Part shown: in pieces, positions 63,311-63,621 of the stretch
How positions within the stretch are numbered: position 1 is the stretch's first letter
How the letters are laid out: each line of letters begins with the position of its first letter
Notes under the pieces: generated by a model
Databases searched by the model: none
Told to the model about the DNA's origin: nothing
What the model saw: the letters and a program-made list of their open reading frames with translations, nothing else
Program-made: the position numbers and the translations under genes
Assembly: GCF_004010195.1 (NCBI RefSeq)
Contig: NC_057720.1
Coordinates: forward strand, 4,630,656 to 4,694,276
Source of the DNA: Chiloscyllium plagiosum
Lineage: Eukaryota
DNA: 63,621 nt
Direction of reading: 5' to 3'

Positions 63311-63621
63311 GAGGAGAAAGTGAGGACTGCAGATGCTGGAGATCAGAGCTGAAAATGTGTTGCTGGACAAGCGCAGCAGGTCAGGCAGCATCCAAGGAGC
63401 AGGAGAATCGACGTTTCGGGCACAAGCCCTTCTTCAGGAATGAGGAAAGTGTGTCCAGCAGGCTAAGATAAAAAGGTAAGGAGGAGGGACTTGGGGGAGA
63501 GGCATTGGAAATGCGATAGGTGGAAGGAGGTCAAGGTGAGGGTGATAGGCCGGACTGGGGGCGGGGGCGGAGAGGTCAGGAAGAAGATTGCAGGTTAGGA
63601 AGGTGGTGCTGAGTTCGAGGG
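63311..63621 (-). mobile_element. PLE 3' tail running off the window end
   Basis: Same terminal sequence as the other PLE tails (GGAGAAAGTGAGG.CTGCAGATGCTGGAGATCAGAG), followed by purine-rich PLE body. Confidence 0.8.
63410..63437 (-). ncRNA. Minimal hammerhead ribozyme core (intact)
   Basis: Minus strand CTGAAGA-A-GGGC-TTGT-GCCC-GAAAC-GTC. Confidence 0.7.

Overview
This is repeat-dense vertebrate genomic DNA. The HE1-type SINEs, CR1/HER1-like LINEs and Penelope-like elements point to an elasmobranch (shark); the taxon is an inference. The main gene is an intact 7-exon GH18 di-N-acetylchitobiase (CTBS)-like gene on + (7407-22855, 371 aa, all GT-AG introns). Its catalytic motif reads MDGINLEMW instead of MDGINIDIE, so the catalytic Glu is replaced by Trp. 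It also has MSYD->MSFD and a strongly basic RRKRAKWIKKK patch, making it a candidate chitobiase-derived pseudoenzyme or lectin. A second, intact but diverged copy of the last exon lies at 48580-48783, beyond a 500-N scaffold gap. A probable SPATA1 terminal exon lies on - (62511-62639), matching the tail-to-tail CTBS/SPATA1 arrangement recalled from human. The rest is nested transposon debris: many CR1 fragments plus one near-full-length copy, GIY-YIG Penelope-like elements, a Gypsy relic, solo LTRs and SINEs. Many short Penelope-derived elements carry minimal hammerhead-ribozyme cores, and some form perfect palindromes with long target-site duplications. All homology calls come from recalled sequences and hand alignment; no database search was run.
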